A DNA stretch of 64,000 bases from Agathobacter rectalis (GTDB lineage: Bacteria; Bacillota; Clostridia; Oscillospirales; Acutalibacteraceae): the NCBI GenBank assembly GCA_963638105.1, contig CAVHPP010000009.1, positions 351-64,350 of the forward strand, read 5' to 3'. The notes below the pieces were generated by a model that was not told the DNA's origin, did not search any database, and saw only the letters and a program-made list of their open reading frames with translations. Position numbers and translations under genes: made by a program. Below, piece after piece: positions 10,571-19,309 of the stretch; position 1 is the stretch's first letter, and every line of letters begins with the position of its first letter.

Positions 10571-10612
10571 ATCACCCGCCGGAGCGCATAGGCTCTATCG
10601 GGTGATTTTTTT
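10571..10612 (+). terminator. hairpin plus T7 run directly abutting the yabP start codon
   Basis: ATCACCCG (10571-10578) pairs with CGGGTGAT (10599-10606), followed by T7, then ATG at 10613. Confidence 0.6.
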
Positions 10613-10885
10613 ATGGAACAGAAAAAGACGACCGGTCACAGCCTGACCCTGTGCGATCGGGAAAAGTTGACGCTTACCGGCGTGACCGATGTGGACGCTT
10701 TTAATGAAGAAGAAATTACGGTAATTACAGACTTTGGGGAACTGACGGTGAAGGGTGAGCTGTTGCACGTGGAGGCGCTGGACCTGGAATGCGGCGGTAT
10801 GCAGATCACCGGCAAGGTGACGGCGTTACTCTATACCCGGCACCGGGAGGGCGGCGGATTGTTTGACCGTCTGTTCCATGGGTAA
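10613..10885 (+). CDS. yabP: sporulation protein YabP
   Basis: 90 aa. The L.L.DR..L.LTGV..V..F.E pattern is typical of YabP. Position upstream of yabQ/divIC. Confidence 0.8.
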   Translation: MEQKKTTGHSLTLCDREKLTLTGVTDVDAFNEEEITVITDFGELTVKGELLHVEALDLECGGMQITGKVTALLYTRHREGGGLFDRLFHG

Positions 10886-11378
10886 GGCACTGTTGGCCTT
10901 TTTCCTGTTGGGACCGGCGCTTTTTCTGCTTTATGATGTGCTGCGGTTTTGGCGCAGCTTGCGGGGGAGTAGGCGAGCGACATTTTTCGCTGATATGGTG
11001 TGGTGGTTGGTTGCCGCCTTTAGCTGCTACACGCTGTTTTTGGCCTACACCGGTGGGGTGATCCGTGCCCTTTGCCTGGTGGTATGCGGCGGTGGTTTTG
11101 CCTGCGGATATTTTACGCTGGGTACGCTGACCGGACACCTGTGGGCGCGCCTGGAGGAGCGCTTGGCGGATAAACGCAAAAAACGGCGAAAAAAACGGAA
11201 AATCCTGCAAGAAAAAGCAAAAAAACTATTGCAATCCCCCTATAATATATTATATAATAAATTAAACGCACAAAAGCGAAAACGGAAAAGAAAAAGACAT
11301 CTCGCAGCTGCGGCTGCGCCGGAACAAAGAAGTGTTGAGTATGATTCAAAATTTGAAGAACTCCATGAAGCGGAGTAA
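10878..11378 (+). CDS. yabQ: spore cortex biosynthesis protein YabQ-like, with a basic C-terminal tail
   Basis: Three or four TM segments followed by a Lys/Arg-rich tail. ATG at 10878 overlaps the yabP stop. Synteny supports the call. Confidence 0.65.
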   Translation: MGKALLAFFLLGPALFLLYDVLRFWRSLRGSRRATFFADMVWWLVAAFSCYTLFLAYTGGVIRALCLVVCGGGFACGYFTLGTLTGHLWARLEERLADKRKKRRKKRKILQEKAKKLLQSPYNILYNKLNAQKRKRKRKRHLAAAAAPEQRSVEYDSKFEELHEAE

Positions 11379-11649
11379 GTACCTGCGCCTGCTTTTAGTG
11401 GTGCCTATGGTGGTGCTGTTTCTCTATTGCAGTGTGACTCTGGTGAATCAGACAGCGGACATTAGCCGCATGCAAAAGCAAAAGCAGACTCTGTCTGCCC
11501 AACTGGCTTCCGTCCAGCAGGAAAATGCCCGACTGGAAGAAGTGGTAGGCGCCGACAACAAGGACGACTACATTGAGCAAAAAGCCCGAGAGAAGGGTTA
11601 TGTAAAAGGCGACGAGATCGTGTTTTACGATATTTCCGGCACGGAATAA
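11341..11649 (+). CDS. divIC: septum formation initiator (DivIC/FtsB family)
   Basis: N-terminal TM segment followed by a coiled coil (QKQKQTLSAQLASVQQENARLEE) and a C-terminal ..Y.EQKAREKGYVK.DE motif. The start could be 11332, 11341 or 11365. Confidence 0.7.
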   Translation: MIQNLKNSMKRSKYLRLLLVVPMVVLFLYCSVTLVNQTADISRMQKQKQTLSAQLASVQQENARLEEVVGADNKDDYIEQKAREKGYVKGDEIVFYDISGTE

Positions 11650-11662
11650 ACAGAACAAATAC

Positions 11663-11709
11663 AAGGGGGCAGCAATCAGGTTAGAACTTTTTGCTGCGCC
11701 CCTTTTTTA
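11663..11709 (+). terminator. rho-independent terminator after divIC
   Basis: Stem AAGGGGGCAGCAA / TTGCTGCGCCCCTT followed by a T run. Confidence 0.8.
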
Positions 11710-11731
11710 TTGCAAAAAGGTGGACAAGCGT

Positions 11732-12574
11732 ATGAGAGAGATCAAAGCAGAAGCGATCACCGCGGCGGTGCGGCAGCTATGCATTACGGCCAATAAAGTG
11801 CTGCCGGAGGATCTGGTACAGTGTATCGGCTGTGCTCGACAGACGGAGCCGAATTCCACGGCCAAGAGTATTCTTGGCGATTTAGAGAGCAATTTGACGG
11901 CAGCTAAGGAACTGGATCTGCCCATTTGTCAGGATACCGGTATTGCAGTTGTGTTTGCCGAGATTGGGCAGGATGTGCATATTGTCGGCGACTTTGAAGC
12001 GGCGGTGCACGCCGGCGTATCTGCCGGCTATACGGACGGCCTGCTGCGCAAGAGCGTGGTGCGAGACCCGTTTTTTGATCGGGTAAACACCGGCGACAAT
12101 ACCCCTGCCGTGATCCACACCCGCCTGGTGCCCGGGGATCGGGTACGGCTGACGGTGGCGCCTAAGGGCTTTGGCAGCGAGAATATGAGCGCTCTGCGTA
12201 TGTTTACCCCTGCCGCCACACGGCAGGACCTGGTGGATTACATTGTGGGCGCAGTGGAAAAGGCCGGTTCCAATCCTTGCCCGCCGGTGGTGATCGGCGT
12301 GGGGATCGGCGGCGATTTTGAAAAGTGTGCCCTGCTGGCAAAGGAGGCGCTGTGTCGCCCGCTGTCCCGTCGCAATCCAAACCCGGATTATGCGGCATTG
12401 GAGCAGGAGCTGCTGGAGAAGATCAACGCACTGGACATCGGCCCTCAGGGATTTGGCGGCCAAACCACAGCGCTGGGTGTAAATATTGAGACCTACGCCA
12501 CCCACATTGCCGGGCTGCCGGTGGCGGTGAATGTAGGCTGCCATGTGACCCGGCACGCAACAAAGGAACTTTGA
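11732..12574 (+). CDS. Fe-S type hydro-lyase, alpha subunit (class I fumarate/tartrate hydratase)
   Basis: MREI.. N-terminus, LPICQDTG and later conserved Cys residues typical of FumA-N/TtdA. About 280 aa, the length of an alpha subunit. Confidence 0.85.
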   Translation: MREIKAEAITAAVRQLCITANKVLPEDLVQCIGCARQTEPNSTAKSILGDLESNLTAAKELDLPICQDTGIAVVFAEIGQDVHIVGDFEAAVHAGVSAGYTDGLLRKSVVRDPFFDRVNTGDNTPAVIHTRLVPGDRVRLTVAPKGFGSENMSALRMFTPAATRQDLVDYIVGAVEKAGSNPCPPVVIGVGIGGDFEKCALLAKEALCRPLSRRNPNPDYAALEQELLEKINALDIGPQGFGGQTTALGVNIETYATHIAGLPVAVNVGCHVTRHATKEL

Positions 12575-12578
12575 TTTT

Positions 12579-13694
12579 ATGGAATTACAAATGACTGCCC
12601 CCTGTCTGCTGGGCCTGGAGGGCTTGGTAGCAGAGGAATTAAGACAAATGGACGCCCGGGAGGTGACCGCCGAGAACGGTCGGGTGTTCTTTAACGGCGA
12701 CGAGGCCATGCTGGCCCGTGCCAATATCAACAGCCGCTTTGCGGAGCGGATCCTGATTGTACTGGATCGCTTTACGGCGGTGACTTTTGAAGAACTGTTC
12801 CAGGCGGTACGACGATTGCCTTGGAGTGAATTTATCGGCAGCACAGACACATTTCCCGTGAAAGGGTACTCTATTTCCTCCACACTGCACAGTGTGCCGG
12901 ACTGCCAAAAAATCATCAAAAAAGCTGTGGTCGAGAGCCTGAAAGAGGACTACCGCATCAACTGGTTTGACGAGACCGGCCCGGTGCACCAAATCCAGTT
13001 CTCCATACTGAAAGACCAGGTGACCATTATGCTGGACACCACCGGAACCGGCCTGCACAAGCGGGGCTACCGCCCGGAGAGCAATGCCGCTCCCATTCGG
13101 GAGACTTTGGCGGCGGCGCTGTGCAGCCTGTCCCGCCTGCGGCATTACCACACGCTGTATGATCCTTTTTGCGGCAGCGGCACGATTCTTATTGAAGGTG
13201 CCATGCTGGCAGCCAATGTGGCGGCGGGGATCAACCGCAATTTTGCCTGCGATCGCTGGGGCTTCGTGCCGGAGGCGGCCTGGAAGCAGGAGCGCGCCCG
13301 TGCCCACGAGAACATTAAGACAGACATTGATTTTCAGGCGTTCGGGTCCGATTTGGATCCCCACGCCATTGAATTGACCGCCATCAACGCCAAGCGGGCC
13401 AGGGTGGGGCAGTACCTGCACCTGGACACGACGGATATTGCCGATTTTAGCCCCCAAACGGAGCGGGGCACCTTGGTGACCAACCCGCCCTACGGCGAGC
13501 GTATGCTGGATATTCGAGAGGCGGAGCGGCTTTATCGCTTAATGGGCGAGAAGTTCAGTCCCCGCAAGGGCTGGAGCTACGGCGTCATTTCGCCGGACGA
13601 ACAGTTTGAAAAGTGCTTCGGCCGCAAGGCGGACAAGCGGCGCAAGCTGTATAACGGTATGATCAAATGTCAATTTTATATGTACTTTAAGTAA
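12579..13694 (+). CDS. THUMP-domain class I SAM-dependent RNA methyltransferase (RlmL/YpsC-like)
   Basis: N-terminal ferredoxin-like/THUMP region, DPFCGSGT SAM motif and NPPYGER catalytic motif. Confidence 0.85.
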   Translation: MELQMTAPCLLGLEGLVAEELRQMDAREVTAENGRVFFNGDEAMLARANINSRFAERILIVLDRFTAVTFEELFQAVRRLPWSEFIGSTDTFPVKGYSISSTLHSVPDCQKIIKKAVVESLKEDYRINWFDETGPVHQIQFSILKDQVTIMLDTTGTGLHKRGYRPESNAAPIRETLAAALCSLSRLRHYHTLYDPFCGSGTILIEGAMLAANVAAGINRNFACDRWGFVPEAAWKQERARAHENIKTDIDFQAFGSDLDPHAIELTAINAKRARVGQYLHLDTTDIADFSPQTERGTLVTNPPYGERMLDIREAERLYRLMGEKFSPRKGWSYGVISPDEQFEKCFGRKADKRRKLYNGMIKCQFYMYFK

Positions 13695-13705
13695 AGGGTG
13701 TTAGG

Positions 13706-15334
13706 ATGGATTACAAAGAGAAATACCGGCAGTGGCTTGATTTTGCCGACCCGGACACCAAGGCGGAACTGGAAAGCCTGACGGACGAAAAAGAGATCGA
13801 GGATCGGTTCTATAAGGATCTGGCCTTTGGCACCGGCGGCCTGCGGGGCATTATGGGCGCCGGGTCTAACCGGATGAACCGCTACACCGTAGGTAAGGCC
13901 ACCCTGGGTCTTGCCAATTATTTGAAATCCACCGGCAAGGCAGACTTGAAAGTGGCGATCGCTTATGACTCCCGCAACAACTCGGCGGATTTTGCCAAGA
14001 CAGCGGCGGGCATTTTTGCAAACTGCGGCTTGCAGGTGTATCTGTACGAGCGGCTGGTGCCGGTGCCGGTGCTGTCTTTTACCACCCGGTATTTACACTG
14101 TGACGCAGGGGTGATGATCACCGCCTCCCACAATCCCAAGGAATATAACGGCTACAAGGTGTATGACGCCAAGGGCTGCCAGCTGTGCACCGCAGACGCG
14201 GCGGCAGCACTGGACTACATTAACGCGGTAGACGATTACAACGCCATTCCCTTTTGCAGCGACCATGCAAATATCCACCCGGTAGGGGACAGGGAGCTGG
14301 ACGCCTTTATCGCTGCGGTGGAGCAACAGAGTCTATATACGCAGCCGTCGGATTTGAAGATCGTTTATACCCCGCTCCACGGCACCGGCAATGTGCCTGT
14401 GCGCCGGGTGCTGCGGAATATGCATGTATCTGTGGTCAAGTCCCAGGAACTGCCGGACGGCAATTTCTCCACTGTGCGCAGTCCCAACCCGGAGGAAAAG
14501 GACGCCTTGACCTTGGCTATCGCCCAAGCAAAGGCAGAGGGGGCGGACCTGGTGCTGGGCACTGACCCGGACTGTGACCGTGTGGGCATTGCGGTGCGTG
14601 ACGGCGACGATTATGTGCTGTTTACCGGTAACCAAACCGGCGCGCTGTTGGTGCAGTTTGTACTGACCATGAAGAAAGCGCAGCTGAACGAAAAATCCAC
14701 CCTGGTCAAGACCATTGTGACCAGCGACCTGGGCGCTAACATCGGGCGCAGCTTTGGCTTGCAGATTGAGGAGACCCTCACTGGGTTTAAGTATATCGGC
14801 GACAAGATCAATACTTACGAGCAGACCGGGGACAAGGAATTTGTCATCGGCTATGAGGAGAGTTACGGCTACTTGGTGGGTACCCACGCCCGGGATAAGG
14901 ACGCGGTGGTGTCCGCTATGCTCATCTGCCAAATGGCCGCCTGGTATAAAAATCAGGGCAAGACCCTGGTGGACGCATTGCATGCTGTTTATGAGGAATA
15001 CGGCTATTATTTGGACGCGTTGGACAGCTTTGTGCTAAAGGGCAAGGACGGCGCCGAAAAGATCGGGGCGCTGATGCAGACTTTCCGCGCCGGCGGTGAC
15101 CAAATGTTTGCCGGTGTGGAGCGGGTACAGGATTTTGCCAAGGGGATCGGTGATCTGCCTAAGGAAAATGTGCTGAAATTCCTGTTTACCGACGGCTCCT
15201 GGTTGGCGGTTCGCCCCTCCGGCACGGAGCCGAAGATCAAGGTGTACTACTCCATTGTGGATCCGGATAAAGCAGCCGCCCACAGCCGCCTGGCCGCCTT
15301 GCAGGCACAGATCAAAGAGATGATCGGAGAATGA
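13706..15334 (+). CDS. phospho-sugar mutase (phosphoglucomutase/phosphomannomutase family)
   Basis: Active-site loop TASHNPKEYNGYK, metal-binding GTDPDCDR, sugar-binding GYEESYG. Confidence 0.9.
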   Translation: MDYKEKYRQWLDFADPDTKAELESLTDEKEIEDRFYKDLAFGTGGLRGIMGAGSNRMNRYTVGKATLGLANYLKSTGKADLKVAIAYDSRNNSADFAKTAAGIFANCGLQVYLYERLVPVPVLSFTTRYLHCDAGVMITASHNPKEYNGYKVYDAKGCQLCTADAAAALDYINAVDDYNAIPFCSDHANIHPVGDRELDAFIAAVEQQSLYTQPSDLKIVYTPLHGTGNVPVRRVLRNMHVSVVKSQELPDGNFSTVRSPNPEEKDALTLAIAQAKAEGADLVLGTDPDCDRVGIAVRDGDDYVLFTGNQTGALLVQFVLTMKKAQLNEKSTLVKTIVTSDLGANIGRSFGLQIEETLTGFKYIGDKINTYEQTGDKEFVIGYEESYGYLVGTHARDKDAVVSAMLICQMAAWYKNQGKTLVDALHAVYEEYGYYLDALDSFVLKGKDGAEKIGALMQTFRAGGDQMFAGVERVQDFAKGIGDLPKENVLKFLFTDGSWLAVRPSGTEPKIKVYYSIVDPDKAAAHSRLAALQAQIKEMIGE

Positions 15335-15591
15335 ATATGACAGCGAAAAAAGAGGCCGTGCAGGCGTATATAGACCGGGTGCTGGCGCCGAAGATCCAAG
15401 GCGACGGCGGCTGGGTAGAATTTGTATCTTTACAGGGTGATCGCTTGACCCTGCGCTTTCGTGGCGAGTGCTCCAAGTGCCTGATCCTTCACCGGTGCGT
15501 GGCGTGGATTGAAGAGCAGCTGAAGGCGGATATGCATTTGCAGCTGACGGTGGAGCCGGTGCGGAAGAAACCTTATTTTCAGGATCGTTAA
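15331..15591 (+). CDS. NifU-like (Nfu C-terminal domain) small protein
   Basis: 86 aa with the pattern I...L.P.IQGDGG.VEFV....D.L.LRF.G.C..C. ATGA overlap with the upstream mutase gene. Confidence 0.6.
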   Translation: MNMTAKKEAVQAYIDRVLAPKIQGDGGWVEFVSLQGDRLTLRFRGECSKCLILHRCVAWIEEQLKADMHLQLTVEPVRKKPYFQDR

Positions 15592-15603
15592 GGAGGTGCA
15601 GGT

Positions 15604-18537
15604 ATGGCACATATTAAAGTGGAACGGCGTTCTATGCGCCCGGAAGAGTGGACGGACCTGCGCTTTTGTTGGCTGAAACGCTATATTTACAGCGAAAAAT
15701 GGGAGATCGAAAACCTGATGATCCGGGACGCCCGCCAGGTGGCAGAAATGGATTTTCAGTTCTATCCCGGTGAGCCGCGGCCCTTAAAGCGGGGGGATAT
15801 GTATTTCACCCCGGACGGCACCGCCTTTATGACGGCGGATGTGCAGGTGCCAAAGCACTTGCAGGGGCAGGAACTTTGGTTCTCTTTAAAAACGGCGGCG
15901 GAGATTTGTGTGAAGGTCAACGGCCGCTATGTAGGCGGCGTGGATCCGAACCGGGAGCGTATGCTGCTGTCGCCCTATGCGGATACGACGGAGACCCTGC
16001 ATTTTGAGATGATGGGGTACAACCGCTCCAAGCCGGACGATGAGCGTAACCCGGAGAGTCTGTCTGTTCGCGGCTGCCGCCAAATCTTTGAGGGCGCGTA
16101 TCTGTGCACTGTGGATCACGCGGTGCAGGATTTGGTCTATGACTTTGAGCTGCTGCTGGATATTGCCGGCAGTGACCTGTTTAATGAAGATTACCGTTCG
16201 TTCCTGAACCGGGAGCTGAACAATGCCATGAACTGCCTGGACTTTACCGACGACGGCGTAACCGGCGTGGCGGCGTGCCAAGCTTATCTTAACGATGTAG
16301 TCTTTGCCAACGATACTTACAAAGGCGCCGGGGATGTGGCGCTGATCGCCCACAGCCACCTGGATATTGCCTACTACTGGCGGCGGATCCACGCGGTGCA
16401 GAAGAACTTGCGCACGGTGCTCATTCAGCTGCGGTTGATGGACCGCTACCCGGACTTTAAGTACACCCACACCCAGCCCTATGTGTATGAGACACTGGAA
16501 AAATATTACCCGGATGTGTTTGCCGAGTTGCAGGAGAAGGTGGCCCGGGGTCAATTTGAGCCGGTGGGGGCTATGTATGTGGAGCCGGACTGCAATATCC
16601 CGGCGGCAGAGAGTCTCATTCGCCAGTGCCTTTACGGCCAGCAGACCTATCAGCGTATGTTTGGCAAGCGGGTGAATAATGCTTGGCTGCCGGATGTGTT
16701 CGGCAACAGCTGGATTCTGCCCCAGATTTTGAAAAAATGCGGGGTGGACTACTTTGTCAGCAACAAAATGTCTACCTGGAATGATACCAACCGCTTTCCC
16801 CACAACAACTTTATTTGGCGGGGCATAGACGGCAGCAGCGTGCTGGCTTGCGTGCCGCCCACCCACTTTATCACCTGGAACGCCCCCTCCCAAATTCAGG
16901 CCAACTGGGAGGCGTATATTGACAAGGACACCGGCGGTCAGACTATGAATATGTTTGGCTACGGCGACGGCGGCTCCGGCTGCACGGAAGAGATGATCGA
17001 GCTGATGCATCGGTTCTCCAAGGTGTCCGTACTGCCCAAGTGCACCCACATGGGCGGCGCTGAATTCCTGGAAAAGAATTTGAAAGACAATGAGAACTTG
17101 GAGACTTGGGACGGCGAGCTGTACCTGGAAATGCACAGGGGCACCTTTACCACCAAGAGCGATCTAAAGCGCGCCAATCGGCGGCTGGAAAACAAGTTCC
17201 GCTTGGCGGAAATGCTCACCGTGCTGCGTGGCGAGAATCGCACACCGGAGATCACGGCCCTTTATAAGAAGCTGCTGATCAACCAGTTCCATGATATTTT
17301 GCCCGGCTCCCATATTCACCCGGTGTTTCAGGACGCCATGGCAGATTATCGAGAGATTGAGACGGCGCTGGACGCCATGATCGGCACCGGCAACCGCTAT
17401 TTTAATCCGCTGAACTTTACTTATGACGCCCTGACGTTTGTGGAAAACAAACGGGGCACCGCCACCCGTATGGGCAAGCGAGGCAACTGGCTGTTGCCCA
17501 ATTTGGCACCCCTGGGCAGCGGCACCCTGCGCAAGTCCGCCTATCGCGGCGACTGGCTGCAAGTGGACGGCAATCGGATAGACACCCCATTTTATACCGT
17601 TCGGCTGAATGCGGACGGCTCCGTTGCAAGCCTGTATGACAAAAAAATGCAGCGAGAGTGGACGGACGGCGCCTTTAACAAACTGACCCTTTATGAGGAT
17701 AAACCCGGCAACTATGACGCCTGGGACATTCTGCCCAATTACAGAGATAAGCAAGTGCCCTTGACCGTGGCGCAGCCGCTGACTTTGATCGAGCAGGACA
17801 GCGAGAGCGTCACTTTCAAGACCGTGCTGCAAACAGATAAATCCACCTGGACACAGTACCTGCGGCTGTTCCGCAGAGACGGCGCCATTGAGGTGGAAAA
17901 TCAGGTGGACTGGCAGGAGAAGCATGTGCTGGCCAAAGTGCTGTTTGACTGTAATGTGCTGGCTCGGCAGGCCCTGTGCGACACCTCCGCCGGTTATATT
18001 GCCCGGGACACCCACCGCAATACCACTTGGCAGCAGGCTCGCTTTGAGTGCTGCCACCACAAGTGGTGCGATCTCAGCGAGACGGACGGCGGCGTCGCCA
18101 TCTTAAACGACGGGAAGTACGGCGTAGGCTTTTTGGAAAATCAGATCAGTCTGTCCCTGCTGCGTTCTCCCATTCGCCCGGATGTAACGGCGGATATGGG
18201 CCACCACAGCTTTTGCTACCGCATTGTGCCCCATGCCGGCGATCCGGTACAGGCGGGGATTAACCGCCGAGCGCTGCAATTCAACCAGCCGCCCATCAAG
18301 AGTGATGTGGCCTACAACGGCACGGACTTTGCGCCGCTTTATTTACAGGCTATGAAGTTCTCTGAGGACGGGGATCGCATTGTGGTACGCTTGAGTGAGC
18401 AGGACGGCCGCCGTGGCACCCTGCGCCTGCCCCGCAAGGTACAGGTGCTGAATATGCTGGAAGATGTGGAGCGGGAGACGGATTCCGTTGACTACACGCC
18501 CTTTGAAATTTTGACCCTGGGGTGGCCGGTAGAATGA
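15604..18537 (+). CDS. glycoside hydrolase family 38 alpha-mannosidase (cytoplasmic, no signal peptide)
   Basis: 977 aa. N-terminal GH38 metal-site motif HSHLDIAYYW, mid-region QFHDILPGS. AAGGAGG RBS. Confidence 0.9.
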   Translation: MAHIKVERRSMRPEEWTDLRFCWLKRYIYSEKWEIENLMIRDARQVAEMDFQFYPGEPRPLKRGDMYFTPDGTAFMTADVQVPKHLQGQELWFSLKTAAEICVKVNGRYVGGVDPNRERMLLSPYADTTETLHFEMMGYNRSKPDDERNPESLSVRGCRQIFEGAYLCTVDHAVQDLVYDFELLLDIAGSDLFNEDYRSFLNRELNNAMNCLDFTDDGVTGVAACQAYLNDVVFANDTYKGAGDVALIAHSHLDIAYYWRRIHAVQKNLRTVLIQLRLMDRYPDFKYTHTQPYVYETLEKYYPDVFAELQEKVARGQFEPVGAMYVEPDCNIPAAESLIRQCLYGQQTYQRMFGKRVNNAWLPDVFGNSWILPQILKKCGVDYFVSNKMSTWNDTNRFPHNNFIWRGIDGSSVLACVPPTHFITWNAPSQIQANWEAYIDKDTGGQTMNMFGYGDGGSGCTEEMIELMHRFSKVSVLPKCTHMGGAEFLEKNLKDNENLETWDGELYLEMHRGTFTTKSDLKRANRRLENKFRLAEMLTVLRGENRTPEITALYKKLLINQFHDILPGSHIHPVFQDAMADYREIETALDAMIGTGNRYFNPLNFTYDALTFVENKRGTATRMGKRGNWLLPNLAPLGSGTLRKSAYRGDWLQVDGNRIDTPFYTVRLNADGSVASLYDKKMQREWTDGAFNKLTLYEDKPGNYDAWDILPNYRDKQVPLTVAQPLTLIEQDSESVTFKTVLQTDKSTWTQYLRLFRRDGAIEVENQVDWQEKHVLAKVLFDCNVLARQALCDTSAGYIARDTHRNTTWQQARFECCHHKWCDLSETDGGVAILNDGKYGVGFLENQISLSLLRSPIRPDVTADMGHHSFCYRIVPHAGDPVQAGINRRALQFNQPPIKSDVAYNGTDFAPLYLQAMKFSEDGDRIVVRLSEQDGRRGTLRLPRKVQVLNMLEDVERETDSVDYTPFEILTLGWPVE

Positions 18538-18938
18538 GCGGCTGGCAAATTGCACTGATCGTTGCCGCCGTGCTGCTGCTTGGCTTGGTGCTGTTGCCGG
18601 CATTTAACCGCCGGCAGGTGCGGCGTATGCCCCCGGATCAGCAAATTCTACTGATTATGAAGCAAGCCAAGGGGCTGCACTATATCCGCAATGTATCCGG
18701 CGGCAAACAGGGATTTCTCTACTATGTTAAGAACAAGCGCAAAATTCTGGTTTATCCTTGGGTGCGCCGGGGCCGTGTGCGGGTCATTACCAAGAAAGAC
18801 CCCTTTGACCGCTGGGACTACCCGGAGGAGCAGGCACCCTTGACCCGGGAGGAGCGGACGCAGGCACGGCGGGTGCTGGCAGACTATGTCCGGCGCTCAA
18901 ATCAGCGGATCGTTTGGAAGGACGAAACGGAACAGTAA
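18534..18938 (+). CDS. hypothetical membrane-anchored protein
   Basis: ATGA overlap with the mannosidase stop. One N-terminal TM segment followed by a basic soluble region. No family recognised. Confidence 0.45.
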   Translation: MSGWQIALIVAAVLLLGLVLLPAFNRRQVRRMPPDQQILLIMKQAKGLHYIRNVSGGKQGFLYYVKNKRKILVYPWVRRGRVRVITKKDPFDRWDYPEEQAPLTREERTQARRVLADYVRRSNQRIVWKDETEQ

Positions 18939-19277
18939 AAAGCTAAAGCCCAGCCAAATCAGCGTAAAGGGCAGGCAGATTTGGCCCCATAAATTCAGCG
19001 GCACCCGGCTGTAATCCCAAACGCCCATACCCAGCGCCCGGTTGAAAATCAGGCCAAATACCAGTTCTACTCCGGTGATGATTCCGGCACCCATTAGGCA
19101 CTTGAGCGCCAGCGGCAAACCCGGTTGCGTGCGCTCCAGGCAGTAAAAGGCTGCTAAGATGATCCCACCGGCAAAGAACATGGAGTAATGTGTGCGGCCC
19201 CGGTACACCAGCTCTATGGTGCAGTAGGCGGTGCCGCCGAACAGAAAGCGAAAAAGATAAAAGAAAAAATCAGTCAT
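18897..19277 (-). CDS. small integral membrane protein (4 TM), family uncertain (possibly DUF1113/CmpB-like)
   Basis: 126 aa, hydrophobic throughout. Its 3' end overlaps the convergent ORF 18534-18938 by 42 nt. Confidence 0.5.
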   Translation of the reverse strand: MTDFFFYLFRFLFGGTAYCTIELVYRGRTHYSMFFAGGIILAAFYCLERTQPGLPLALKCLMGAGIITGVELVFGLIFNRALGMGVWDYSRVPLNLWGQICLPFTLIWLGFSFLLFRFVLPNDPLI

Positions 19278-19309
19278 ACCGTTAGCATACCCCTAAGGCA
19301 GGTGATTAT

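Noticed and set aside
7407-11649. The yabM-mazG-hup-yabO-yabP-yabQ-divIC cluster considered as something unusual.
   Set aside because: This order is the well-known conserved Firmicute arrangement (Bacillus yabM-yabN-yabO-yabP-yabQ-divIC). A hup gene in this neighbourhood is, to my recollection, also common in Clostridia. This is ordinary synteny.
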